From the IMG/VR virus record IMGVR_UViG_3300045596_000094, positions 96,001-160,000 of that record: 64,000 bases of DNA. One strand, written 5' to 3'. The DNA is from a virus. Lineage: Duplodnaviria; Caudoviricetes. A program made the translations under genes and the position numbers. The notes under the pieces are model-generated. The model saw nothing but the letters and a program-made list of their open reading frames with translations, was not told the DNA's origin and did not search any database. Within the stretch, counting starts at the first letter, position 1. The number at the start of each line of letters is the position of its first letter. Positions 39,501 through 47,900 of the stretch are shown here, piece after piece.

Positions 39501-39555
39501 AATCCTAGATACAGATAACCAAACATCTCGTTATTCTAGCCGTAAAGAACAATAA
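36553..39555 (+). CDS. Baseplate wedge-like virion protein (phiKZ gp87-like)
   Basis: 1000 aa; DPSNPF, LYPSMAQT.DD.YRHM, FTLQYP and ISGGSN (baseplate J/gp6-like) motifs. Confidence 0.75.
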   Translation: MATTTSDKLAESIDAVIRNPNAMQRISLDLVEALTNGDTIIVDPSNPFVYVQGIAATMTAVSLDRNEAAARKLYPSMAQTEDDIYRHMATPDFLNRFAKPGSATLGLVMNLTDVLGRAVPVDDGTGARAIIIPKHTQIQKDNIYFTLQYPLVIKVLYNETLSIYFDNRESLLNYTLPTNSVSWRVATIDNRDILLIDVPMQAVRISSQIIQLTSFTGFNRNITFEDNFHYARAFIRDRTTSNWKEIEVTHTKQIFDSKKPTICLRVLNNSVDVYIPQIYFQNGLIQDAVRLDIYTTLGPIDMDLTELGGDNLKVRFDDLDYNELQKFSAPLDAFTMFAAFIRSRISGGSNAVTFMELRRRVVNRSTVTAGLPITTNQMGSAMYDMGFQMGTTLDNITDRQYTAIRAVEPPDNGTTVTGLGCSIQLVNITLQDLIDSKMVADTPSRLVITPGTLFKNVGGYIRIVDADEYKDLQDTAQASPDGIANIVNSTQFYYTPFHYVLDTTNELFTVRPYQLNDPSVEGSAIYQQNDSLGLDLRTESYSIGMNPDGSGYSILATMTANLSLKMLPIDRISAQLSYVPKDSTKRTWVSGEFISAVDPNSGRPVDDKWIFRFNLDTNFDVNSNHQLSMTETGYPVELVHDFDILYVVKNFAPLNSQPSDIDTIISKDHIVDFDYLSTYYGATQEKLTIEFGKFLKHLWRRSRTVYETVEYLTYEEDVPAFYTQDIYARDENGHVIVKYNYDTSEISYDILFKKGDPIIDADGKPVLKHAKGDYVLGPNQEPIPKQSDRALDRELDLFLVDGRYFFATNDETVDYLKESLAQIVSWITEDIAHLSQRCLERTDLFYYPKSSVGLIDVIVGDGTRVRLPADQKFTVKYTVRKEKYNNAEIRDSLRESAAKTILSAMTSLQQVTGGAITRNDILNTIKSLHRDDIIDVAVSGFLDDRYSAALITDMSSIPTIGKKLVTMSNLTLQVQDDVTVEWEILDTDNQTSRYSSRKEQ

Positions 39556-39567
39556 AACAGCATAATA

Positions 39568-39593
39568 CTAGAGAGCCCCTAGGGGCTCTCTAG
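39568..39593. terminator. Perfect 26 bp CCCTAGGG palindrome
   Basis: CTAGAGAGCCCCT/AGGGGCTCTCTAG between convergent genes. Confidence 0.85.
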
Positions 39594-39601
39594 CTATGTC
39601 G

Positions 39602-41701
39602 TTACAATCGATTAAACACATCTGTACCTAAAGCCGTAATCAACCAATCAGGAGATTCCTCCCCTTCTAAAGGATGCTTAAACGGGCGGTAGATTAGTTT
39701 CTGTTTCTCTAAATACGATAAAGAATCCTTATTGGGAATCTCATGCGTGTAGAGATACTTTTTCTCGCCAAATAACCGTAACGCATCACGAATATCAGTT
39801 CGTTCATCGTCCCAGATCATGTCAAGATTTTCTTTGATGGCCGAATCGTTATCACGCACTACGTGAATATCCCCATATATCTGGGTAGCGATACGACGAC
39901 CATTTGGAGTGATTCCGTAATCTGGCGTGTCTTGCTCGAGATCAAGAACCTTTGGACGATGAATTAGTTTCTTCTGCATGAGTAACTCTAAAGCATACTC
40001 ATCTTCGATGTCTGATCGATTTAAGAAACTAGCACGATGAAACGTCTCCAGAAGCTTACTACAGTGACCACCCGGATACCCATCAATAATCTTAATGGTT
40101 TCTGCATCATCAAGATCCGGTACAAGTTCTGATACCGTTTCAGGGTAACTTTCACTAGACAACATACTGCTCACTAACTTACGCCCGCGTAAGATCCGCA
40201 ACTGTCGATCCAATACCGTTAACGGTAGTGAAAGCCCGTGATAGAAGCTTTCGTAGTAACGCAGTAAACCGGCATATATGGAGAATAGCGATTGTAGTGC
40301 CGTTAGGCGGCGCTGTACGTCCGCTAGCGGTCGAGTGTTAACATTATAAGAAGACGCATCGTCTAACTTAACTTTCACACCGCGTTCGACTTCTTTTAGT
40401 TTACGGCTAACCGAGTCGATACCCCGAGAGATGTTGGAGCCAAAATTACGATCCTCAGTAAACGGGTTACTGTAGTTTGCAACTTTTACAAATTCCCACG
40501 GACGTCGGGCACCAGTATCTTCTTGACGGAAAGCGAAGTTAATTGCTTCACGGTATTGAGATAACGTCTCATTCAAGGTACCGCCACCAACCTTCCACCA
40601 ACCAGCTAAACGATCTATGCCGGTAGAATCGATCGGCATATTAACGGGCCAGTTAGCCGGATCGTTTTTGACGAGTAAGTTGACGTAATCTTCGGTTTGT
40701 TGCATCAAACGACCAAGCTCACCACGCAATGCTTTCACGTGTCCTGATAAACCAGCCCCTTCTGCAATCATCCGCTGACCTGTCGTGAATCGACGACGGA
40801 AACGTTCTTTGGTTTTGTAATCCAAATAACGCATACAGAAGTCTTCTGTGGACGTGGCTTCTGTATATGGTGGGATGTCGCTGGCGGATGTCATTTCTTT
40901 AAATGCTTTCATGCCGTAGACTGCATCAATACGTTTTGCAGCAGCAAGCACTTCACGTCGGCGCACTAATAAAGAAACAGTCATGTGTGGTGATTGAAAT
41001 GCTTCAGAAACCATACTGATCACATTACGACCGATGGTCCTGCAGAAATTGAGTATCTGTTCAACCAAACGTAAAACGATTTCTTTGATCTTCAGACCCA
41101 ATGCTTCCATTGTAGTGTCGTATTTAGTTGTGGTATATGCCGCAGAGAACATTCGCGGATTACCAAAGTAATTTGGACATTCCACTAAACTCTCTAACGC
41201 AACAACCTCTTTACGAGAAATACCCCCAATGGATTCTAATGTCGCACGAATGTTTTCCAACTCATCTAATACCGAATCGTCAGGAATCGTCAACTCCATA
41301 GTTGTGATGGGTTGGTCTTCTTCATCGTTGTCAAATGAAGCTGATTCATTTTCAGCAATAAAATCATGACTTTCCGCGTCAGGAATCGGTTCGATTGGAT
41401 TTCGTCTGTCCAACATGCGTTTTAATCGCTGCTCCCAATCGCGCGCAGATTCGTATTCGGCATCATCAGGTTGTTTGATGGATGCTTTTTCATGATCTGT
41501 AACCGTACGATCTTGATCTAGATTAGTCAGCATGTGGTGCACTGATTTCAACGTACCTTCATCGGCATGCTCTTCAAGAACAGTTCCATCAGCATATGTC
41601 TGTATCTCAGGAAACCCTAAAACCGATTCATTCGAAACGGAAGCGAAAGGGTCAATCGCTGAGAGTTCCTCTGTAGAGAGGATGTTTTCTTCTATAGCCA
41701 T
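39602..41701 (-). CDS. Head protein (gp86-region family) with acidic propeptide and duplicated C-terminal module
   Basis: STE, SNE, ALE and TME sites; GGIS..V.ALES motif; two ~60 aa C-terminal repeats. Confidence 0.7.
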   Translation of the reverse strand: MAIEENILSTEELSAIDPFASVSNESVLGFPEIQTYADGTVLEEHADEGTLKSVHHMLTNLDQDRTVTDHEKASIKQPDDAEYESARDWEQRLKRMLDRRNPIEPIPDAESHDFIAENESASFDNDEEDQPITTMELTIPDDSVLDELENIRATLESIGGISRKEVVALESLVECPNYFGNPRMFSAAYTTTKYDTTMEALGLKIKEIVLRLVEQILNFCRTIGRNVISMVSEAFQSPHMTVSLLVRRREVLAAAKRIDAVYGMKAFKEMTSASDIPPYTEATSTEDFCMRYLDYKTKERFRRRFTTGQRMIAEGAGLSGHVKALRGELGRLMQQTEDYVNLLVKNDPANWPVNMPIDSTGIDRLAGWWKVGGGTLNETLSQYREAINFAFRQEDTGARRPWEFVKVANYSNPFTEDRNFGSNISRGIDSVSRKLKEVERGVKVKLDDASSYNVNTRPLADVQRRLTALQSLFSIYAGLLRYYESFYHGLSLPLTVLDRQLRILRGRKLVSSMLSSESYPETVSELVPDLDDAETIKIIDGYPGGHCSKLLETFHRASFLNRSDIEDEYALELLMQKKLIHRPKVLDLEQDTPDYGITPNGRRIATQIYGDIHVVRDNDSAIKENLDMIWDDERTDIRDALRLFGEKKYLYTHEIPNKDSLSYLEKQKLIYRPFKHPLEGEESPDWLITALGTDVFNRL

Positions 41702-42903
41702 TTTTTATCCTTCCGTAATTCAACGTACCGATAAGCACAGGTTTGATGTGTCTTTAAAGAACCCGATAGTAGTTGTAGATTATCCACTCCTATTTTTAGA
41801 CCCTCGGCAAACTCATAGGTGAAATCCAATACCCGAACCAATACACCACAATAACAAGAAATCAAACGAGCAATATCGGTGATCACATCACCGTAATATC
41901 CATCCGTTTCACGCTGAGGTATATTCTGCAGACGATTAGAAAAACGGCTCATTTGTGATGATATTAAAGAAACCTTATCGGTCAAGGTTTTAGCAATGAC
42001 CTGAGTTTCTCTCACATTCTCAGCAAATGCATCTGTAGCTAACATTTCTAGACAGTTTATAAAACTACCCTTAGCCAGTTCTTCACGTCGAGCAATTAAC
42101 GATTCCGGTTCTCGCAGTAGTTGCTTTATATCATCAACCATATTGTCGATGGTTGATGATAAGTTATTCCCGTACCATGATTTATTGATTACATTGAGAA
42201 CAGTAGGTTCAATAGTCACCCCCATCGTCACGAATTTACTTTTGCTAAGATCCATTCGTTCCGCCATAGAGATCAGTTCACCCCGACTCAACACCGTAAG
42301 CGCGCGTTCAAGTAATTCTGTAATCTTGTCATTCTGTACAGTGATCGCATCATTTATTACACGTAATAAATTATTTAAACGATCGTATTGTTTTAAGTTA
42401 TCGGAGAGCGAGAAGAACAAAGGCATCTTCAATACATACTCAGATCGATCCAAATCCTCTTTTAGAAGTGGAAAATCCAAACATTTCTGGAAGTCATTCA
42501 TTCTAGGCGTTCTTAGTTGTGCGTCCTTACGAAATAGGGCGGTATAAGAACGAATCACAGGTTCACGCATGCGGAGAATTTCTTCAGGATCGTCTAAGTA
42601 GGAGACCTTATCATTAAAGTCCAAACGCTTACTAACAACCATTTCACATTCGCGAGCTGCGAGATTGCCACGGGTGGTTTCTTCTCTTATATAGTTGCCA
42701 AATAACGTATTTAGCAGTACAACAAAATCGGTGATCTGCTCATCCCTCAACTCCACAATTATTCCAGCATGATGTTTGATTTTCAAAGCATCATCTTCAT
42801 TGGAAATTGTAGCTTGACCGCAGAGAGCTTTCAACTTGTCGGTGTGAAAGCTCAAACTACGCTGGATGCTCAGACCCTTAGAGGTATTGACCATCCCATT
42901 CAC
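41692..42903 (-). CDS. Head protein (gp86-region family)
   Basis: ISNE site followed by LKIK..LR.EQI..F, shared with the downstream gene. Confidence 0.6.
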   Translation of the reverse strand: MNGMVNTSKGLSIQRSLSFHTDKLKALCGQATISNEDDALKIKHHAGIIVELRDEQITDFVVLLNTLFGNYIREETTRGNLAARECEMVVSKRLDFNDKVSYLDDPEEILRMREPVIRSYTALFRKDAQLRTPRMNDFQKCLDFPLLKEDLDRSEYVLKMPLFFSLSDNLKQYDRLNNLLRVINDAITVQNDKITELLERALTVLSRGELISMAERMDLSKSKFVTMGVTIEPTVLNVINKSWYGNNLSSTIDNMVDDIKQLLREPESLIARREELAKGSFINCLEMLATDAFAENVRETQVIAKTLTDKVSLISSQMSRFSNRLQNIPQRETDGYYGDVITDIARLISCYCGVLVRVLDFTYEFAEGLKIGVDNLQLLSGSLKTHQTCAYRYVELRKDKKWL

Positions 42904-42905
42904 CT

Positions 42906-43364
42906 TTATTCTTCAGTAGCTACTTCAGCGCTATATTGTTTTTGCAATTCCAAAGCAGCATCTGCCAAACCGCGCACTACCTGGGTGGTAAGGTCGCGAG
43001 TTTCAAACACAGCATCTTCAGTATTTGCTACAAGCGATTTTACTAAAGCGTTGGTTTCTGCTAAAGTGTCTGTAGGGGCGTGCACGAAGTTGTAACGTGC
43101 AGCATAAAGTTTCTTCACCATGTCTTTGACCTTAGGTAGGTCCAATAGATAAAGTTCATTTACTTCATCTAACATACGGTTGATAAAAACATTATGGTTA
43201 ACCCATGATTGTGCACCTCGACCCAATGGTTGTGCTGGAACCGGGATAATGAGCGCTAATGCTGCGGCTAATTCCATCTGAGTTGCTGTGGTCAATTCGT
43301 CAGTTTGGTTTTCACTGTATTGTGCACGCAATACTTCAACCATTTTCAATAAAGGGTTACTCAT
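42906..43364 (-). CDS. Minor capsid protein (phiKZ gp85-like)
   Basis: 152 aa; LAAALALIIP motif; synteny. Confidence 0.55.
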   Translation of the reverse strand: MSNPLLKMVEVLRAQYSENQTDELTTATQMELAAALALIIPVPAQPLGRGAQSWVNHNVFINRMLDEVNELYLLDLPKVKDMVKKLYAARYNFVHAPTDTLAETNALVKSLVANTEDAVFETRDLTTQVVRGLADAALELQKQYSAEVATEE

Positions 43365-44650
43365 TCTTTCTCTCCAAGAGCTTTAATTTTTGCAGCATTG
43401 ACAAACATGTCATTGTAAATCAGATCTTCAACAGTTTTCTGAAGTTCCTGTTCACGGCGTAGCTTTCCATAGAAAGGGATAAGCTTCTGCTGTAGGTAGG
43501 CGCTTACGCTTTCCTGATACTTCATTGTCTTTTCAATCTTCTCAGTAGATTCAATATCGCTGATTAATTTATCGACAAATTCTTTCTTATTTGGATCAGC
43601 TTCTTTCACTAGCTGAATTAGGCTTTGCTTGATTAAACGTACGCGTTGATCATCACGATCATACGGGGAAATTAAATCGTTAGGATATTTCAGAAGCGAT
43701 TCTTGAATGCGCGGCATGATCTTACCTAAGGTTGCGATCTTCGCCACCCCAACACCCACATCTGCAACAGCTTTCAAAACAGCCAGCCGAGAACCCGAAA
43801 CGCGATAAACTTCACCATTACCTAATTTGGAGTGTACAAGCGCAAGGTCTTTACCAAAACCAAAACGGACAGCAAACCCATCAGCAATTTGTTCTGATGA
43901 TTTGGCTTCATAAACCGAAGCACCCGTTTCACTACGAAGAAGATTTCGTGTATCACGAATAAAAAGTGTCTGTAGTGTGGCTGCATTCTGTTCAGCTGTT
44001 TGTTGGAGTAGTGGTTCGATTGCTACATCATCAATACCTAGGATTTTTGCACCATCTCTAAAGATTAACGCACGCTCTTTATCGGACTTAGCACCGGCAG
44101 CTGTGGCTGCAATCTGCGTGGTTACGAAAGAACCCATCGTGGTGTTTCGAAGAAAATAACAATAAGTAACAAAATGCCCAATCTCGTGAGCGATCGCTGC
44201 AGCAATCTCTCTAGCGGTGAGTCCACTTGCTCCAAACATAGTGTCTGATATCCAGACTGTAGCGGGGATCTTACTATAAACACCAGAAAGCTTAGATTTA
44301 ACTAAGTCAACCTTACCAATGGATTTACCTTCCTCACCTAAGGCAACCAATAGACGCCCTGCTGTATTAGACGCTTTACTAAACACCTGTTCCAGCGGGT
44401 GATTGCTGGTGAGGCTAGGGTAGGTGACGTATGCGTCGAATTTGTTATTTCTAAATATCTTAAAAGTAATGTTGGAATCGAAACGTTTATTGATTAGTTC
44501 AGCAATACCAGACTGATCAATTGCCTTAGAGCTATATGTACCTTCTAAGCGCAACCACTCAACCTTAGTAACCAACTGATTTCCGAAATCATCATGCTGA
44601 TATGGCATAAATTCCAGAGAAGGAACTACTCTATTCATATTAGTGACCAT
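43361..44650 (-). CDS. Head protein with zinc-metalloprotease motif (phiKZ gp84-like)
   Basis: EIAAAIAHEIGH and E.IAD.FA.RFG (M48-like); N-terminal SLE site. Confidence 0.75.
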   Translation of the reverse strand: MVTNMNRVVPSLEFMPYQHDDFGNQLVTKVEWLRLEGTYSSKAIDQSGIAELINKRFDSNITFKIFRNNKFDAYVTYPSLTSNHPLEQVFSKASNTAGRLLVALGEEGKSIGKVDLVKSKLSGVYSKIPATVWISDTMFGASGLTAREIAAAIAHEIGHFVTYCYFLRNTTMGSFVTTQIAATAAGAKSDKERALIFRDGAKILGIDDVAIEPLLQQTAEQNAATLQTLFIRDTRNLLRSETGASVYEAKSSEQIADGFAVRFGFGKDLALVHSKLGNGEVYRVSGSRLAVLKAVADVGVGVAKIATLGKIMPRIQESLLKYPNDLISPYDRDDQRVRLIKQSLIQLVKEADPNKKEFVDKLISDIESTEKIEKTMKYQESVSAYLQQKLIPFYGKLRREQELQKTVEDLIYNDMFVNAAKIKALGEKE

Positions 44651-44763
44651 TGGTTTTCTTGACTATACATAGCATTAGCAGTTTACCCTATAATGGATGC
44701 AGTAAAATATAATAGAGTTCCGCTTGCTATGATTCCCAGATTCCTAATAGTTAAGAGGCAACA

Positions 44764-46494
44764 ATGTCCGAAGTAATCGACATGTCGAAAATCACTAAAG
44801 CCGATGTTAAAGGGTTAGAATGTGTATTTGCCACATATGCATCAAATGTAAACGAACGAACCGATGCTCTCATTATAAAAGAAAACGTACATTTAAAAGA
44901 TGGTCGGGTGTTTCCAAATATTCGTATCATCAAAGATAAGGAATGGCCTTTCTATATTACCCGCAAAGGTTTCCAAAATCATCAAGAGCAAAAAGAAGCG
45001 GAGTTAATTGAACGACTACAGAAGTTTTCATCTACTCGCTTAAATCTCCCTAAGAAAATCATGAACGCGCTCAACATTTATTCACCGCGTGGCTCTCTGA
45101 GGGATTTATCAGAATCTCCGTATCTATACGGTACGGATATTCTTCCTACTTCTTTAATTAAACACGAATATCAAAAGAAGTGGACTGATTGTAAAACGAT
45201 GTCTTATAACGTGGCTGCACTCGATACAGAGACCGATGTGGAGCACGGTACAAACGAAGTGATCATTGCAAACATTACGTATAAAGGGAAGACATATTCC
45301 ACAGTAACGGAAAAGTTTGTAAATGGTAATCCGAATTTCATTGAAGATTGTTTTAAAGCAGCACAGCGTTTAGCTAAAGATGATTTCGATAAACTTGAAT
45401 GGGTAATTGAAATCGTGGATAACCCAGGTGAAGCATGCTACCGCGTTATTCAGAAAGCTCATGAATGGAAGCCAGACTTTGTCGACATTTGGAACATGAA
45501 CTTCGATATTCCGAAAATGGTCGAAATGTTGGAACGATATGGTTATGATTTAGCGGATACTTTTTCAGATCCTAAAGTTCCACCAGCCTATCGTTTCTTT
45601 GAATATCGAGAAGGTCCTGCGATCAAGAAAACGCAGTCTGGTAAATCTATGTCGATTCACCATGCTGACCGTTGGCATCGTTGTACGTGCCCTGCATCGT
45701 TTTACTTCATCGATTCGATGTGCTTATATAAACGTATCCGGGTAGCTGCTGGTAATGAACCTTCCTACTCTTTAAATGCGATCCTAGCTTCTAATAAACT
45801 GGAATCTAAGTTAAAGTTAAAAGAGTTAGAGGACGTAGAGAAAGACGGTGACGTTTGGCATTTTAGAATGCAACGCGATTATAAACCAGAATACATGGTC
45901 TATAACGTTATCGATGACCAACGTCTTTTAGATCTTGATGCTAAGACAGGTGACATCTCGCGAGCATTCCCAGCCTTAGCTGGTATTTCTGATTTCTCAG
46001 TGTATCACAAAAACCCACGTAAGATTGTGGATGATCTACATTTCTTCTATTTAGAGCGAGGTCAAGTATTTGCATCTACCTCACCATCTCTGGATAAGAA
46101 TGAATTAGATAAACATGTTGTTGGGATGAAAGATTGGATTGTCACACTTCCAAGCTATACCATCAACAATGGGATGTTCTTATTTAAGGATGCCCCGCAT
46201 ATCCGAACCATGATCTACCGCTACTTAGCCGATTTAGACATCTCAGGTACTTACCCCAATGAAGAAGACATTCTTAATATTAGTAAGGCAACAACTGCAT
46301 TTGAAACATGTCGCATTCAAGGTTTCAAAGAGCAAGAACAGCGTTACTTCGGTCTTACCTTAACTGGGGGTAAATCAAACGCTTTAGAGTTAGCGATTCG
46401 ATACGGTGGTTACCCTACTCCAGAGCAGTTATTAGAGCAGTTCGATAAGGATCATTCGATTGAAGGTTCTTTTGTAGAAAAGAAAGCGGCATAA
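44764..46494 (+). CDS. Split family-B DNA polymerase, 3'-5' exonuclease plus motif A subunit (phiKZ gp82-like)
   Basis: ExoI DTETD, ExoII WNMNFD, ExoIII YNVID, PolB motif A DISGTYPN. Confidence 0.88.
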   Translation: MSEVIDMSKITKADVKGLECVFATYASNVNERTDALIIKENVHLKDGRVFPNIRIIKDKEWPFYITRKGFQNHQEQKEAELIERLQKFSSTRLNLPKKIMNALNIYSPRGSLRDLSESPYLYGTDILPTSLIKHEYQKKWTDCKTMSYNVAALDTETDVEHGTNEVIIANITYKGKTYSTVTEKFVNGNPNFIEDCFKAAQRLAKDDFDKLEWVIEIVDNPGEACYRVIQKAHEWKPDFVDIWNMNFDIPKMVEMLERYGYDLADTFSDPKVPPAYRFFEYREGPAIKKTQSGKSMSIHHADRWHRCTCPASFYFIDSMCLYKRIRVAAGNEPSYSLNAILASNKLESKLKLKELEDVEKDGDVWHFRMQRDYKPEYMVYNVIDDQRLLDLDAKTGDISRAFPALAGISDFSVYHKNPRKIVDDLHFFYLERGQVFASTSPSLDKNELDKHVVGMKDWIVTLPSYTINNGMFLFKDAPHIRTMIYRYLADLDISGTYPNEEDILNISKATTAFETCRIQGFKEQEQRYFGLTLTGGKSNALELAIRYGGYPTPEQLLEQFDKDHSIEGSFVEKKAA

Positions 46495-46519
46495 AGAAAA
46501 AAATAAATAGGAAGACTGG

Positions 46520-46547
46520 AATAGAGACTCCCTAGGGAGTCTCTATT
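46520..46547. terminator. Perfect 28 bp CCCTAGGG palindrome
   Basis: AATAGAGACTCCCT/AGGGAGTCTCTATT between convergent genes. Confidence 0.85.
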
Positions 46548-46574
46548 TACTTATGTCGTTAGGATAAAGCCAGA

Positions 46575-46901
46575 TCATTTACAGTCATATTGTTTTGATG
46601 ACTTTAAGGATATATATTTTTCTAGTTTTTGATAGTCTCGATCGATGACTTCTTCAGAAGCAAGTGCGGTTTTTAACTCTGGCTTCTCACCCGTAAAACA
46701 TACACGTAGATAATACTGATCACCAACACGGTAGCGTGCGAGCATAAATGCATCGGTCATGTCAATCACTTTATCGTCTGATTCAATGTGTTCGCAGTTT
46801 GGTGGTAATACACCGGTAATGGCATTCACCAATGGGTGTTCTGGGTAGTATTTAGGTGTAGTAGAGGTTTTGTTAAAAAGTTTCTTGATTGCGGTTAACA
46901 T
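46575..46901 (-). CDS. Hypothetical early protein
   Basis: 108 aa with AAGGAA RBS. Confidence 0.7.
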   Translation of the reverse strand: MLTAIKKLFNKTSTTPKYYPEHPLVNAITGVLPPNCEHIESDDKVIDMTDAFMLARYRVGDQYYLRVCFTGEKPELKTALASEEVIDRDYQKLEKYISLKSSKQYDCK

Positions 46902-46927
46902 GATGAAGATTCCTTATGTAGTGAAGT

Positions 46928-47227
46928 TTAGATGCGGGTAACGACTTGATACCCTAATTTGCGTAATGCGGTTTGAAAAATAGTATACCCAGAGATAGCG
47001 GTGTCCCCTTTGCCAACATACAACCTTGTATTTGCGTTAGGGTTGATATTAGCTGATGTCAGTAATGTGGCAATCAATTTAGCCTTAGCCCGTGGTTGTA
47101 TTGCCTGTCGTCTAGCTGCTGATTGTACTAACGGTCGAATTTCTTTTGGTAAAGCGACGGCCTTATCAAGTGTAATTTCATCTGTAAGGTTATATGTTGT
47201 CATTGGGGTTTTATTTAAAGTTGCCAT
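46928..47227 (-). CDS. Hypothetical basic early protein
   Basis: 99 aa ORF in an early island. Confidence 0.65.
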   Translation of the reverse strand: MATLNKTPMTTYNLTDEITLDKAVALPKEIRPLVQSAARRQAIQPRAKAKLIATLLTSANINPNANTRLYVGKGDTAISGYTIFQTALRKLGYQVVTRI

Positions 47228-47319
47228 TAATTAATGCTCTATGGTTATGTAAAAAATGATCGAGATGAGATTACTATGTAGGAACCAAACCCACCCTTAG
47301 GTAGGTTCGGCTTTTTTTA

Positions 47320-47652
47320 TTAGTGTAGGGTTCCGCCTACGCAGAACGGGTTCAGGGAAATATTTCCAAGAATGCAATCTAATGCTTCCTTAGCTTTCCG
47401 TTTTATAATTGTAGACTCATTCGGCGGTGCTCCGAAGACATCGACTTCTTGTGCTAGCACGAGCGGTTTGAAAGATGCTATCTCATCAGGATAGCATGTA
47501 ATTTTACCATCCCGATTAATAGGTATTTTCAACGTATGGTTGAAATGCGTATTTCTAAGAACATAGAAATTTAGGTCATCCCAAGCGATTTGTTTATCTT
47601 GTTCTGTATAAGTTTTAAGGGTTTTAGATTGAAGGTTAGAATACAGTTTCAT
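47320..47652 (-). CDS. Hypothetical early protein
   Basis: 110 aa; first gene behind an early promoter. Confidence 0.7.
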   Translation of the reverse strand: MKLYSNLQSKTLKTYTEQDKQIAWDDLNFYVLRNTHFNHTLKIPINRDGKITCYPDEIASFKPLVLAQEVDVFGAPPNESTIIKRKAKEALDCILGNISLNPFCVGGTLH

Positions 47653-47731
47653 TAGGTAATCTCGTAAAGAAATTAAAATTAGTTTAAATTAATGTTCGAG
47701 CATTAATTTAAACAAATAGAGCACATTCCCT

Positions 47732-47773
47732 ATTCACTTAGGTAATGTGTATCTGAAATAATTTTAATTGAGA
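47732..47773 (-). promoter_or_regulatory. Putative early promoter
   Basis: Minus strand TCTCAATTAAAATTATTTCAGATACACATTACCTAAGTGAAT. Confidence 0.8.
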
Positions 47774-47856
47774 CTGTACGCTGAAAATCCATAATTCTTA
47801 ATTTGGAGGGGTTTCGACCCCTCCACTTATGCCGTCATTTTATTTTGGTGACATAA

Positions 47857-47888
47857 ATCCTCTTACTCCCCGAAAGGAGTAAGAGGAT
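47857..47888 (-). terminator. UUCG-loop hairpin terminator
   Basis: 13 bp stem ATCCTCTTACTCC/GGAGTAAGAGGAT followed by TTATG on the minus strand. Confidence 0.8.
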
Positions 47889-47900
47889 CATGTATGTTGT

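Noticed and set aside
44764-46494. DNA polymerase lacking motifs B and C read as a truncation or pseudogene
   Set aside because: A split PolB is known in phiKZ-like phages; the other subunit is encoded elsewhere
47285-47318. Plus-strand terminator (hairpin followed by T7)
   Set aside because: Its two mismatches become G-U pairs only on the minus strand, so it folds in the sense transcript
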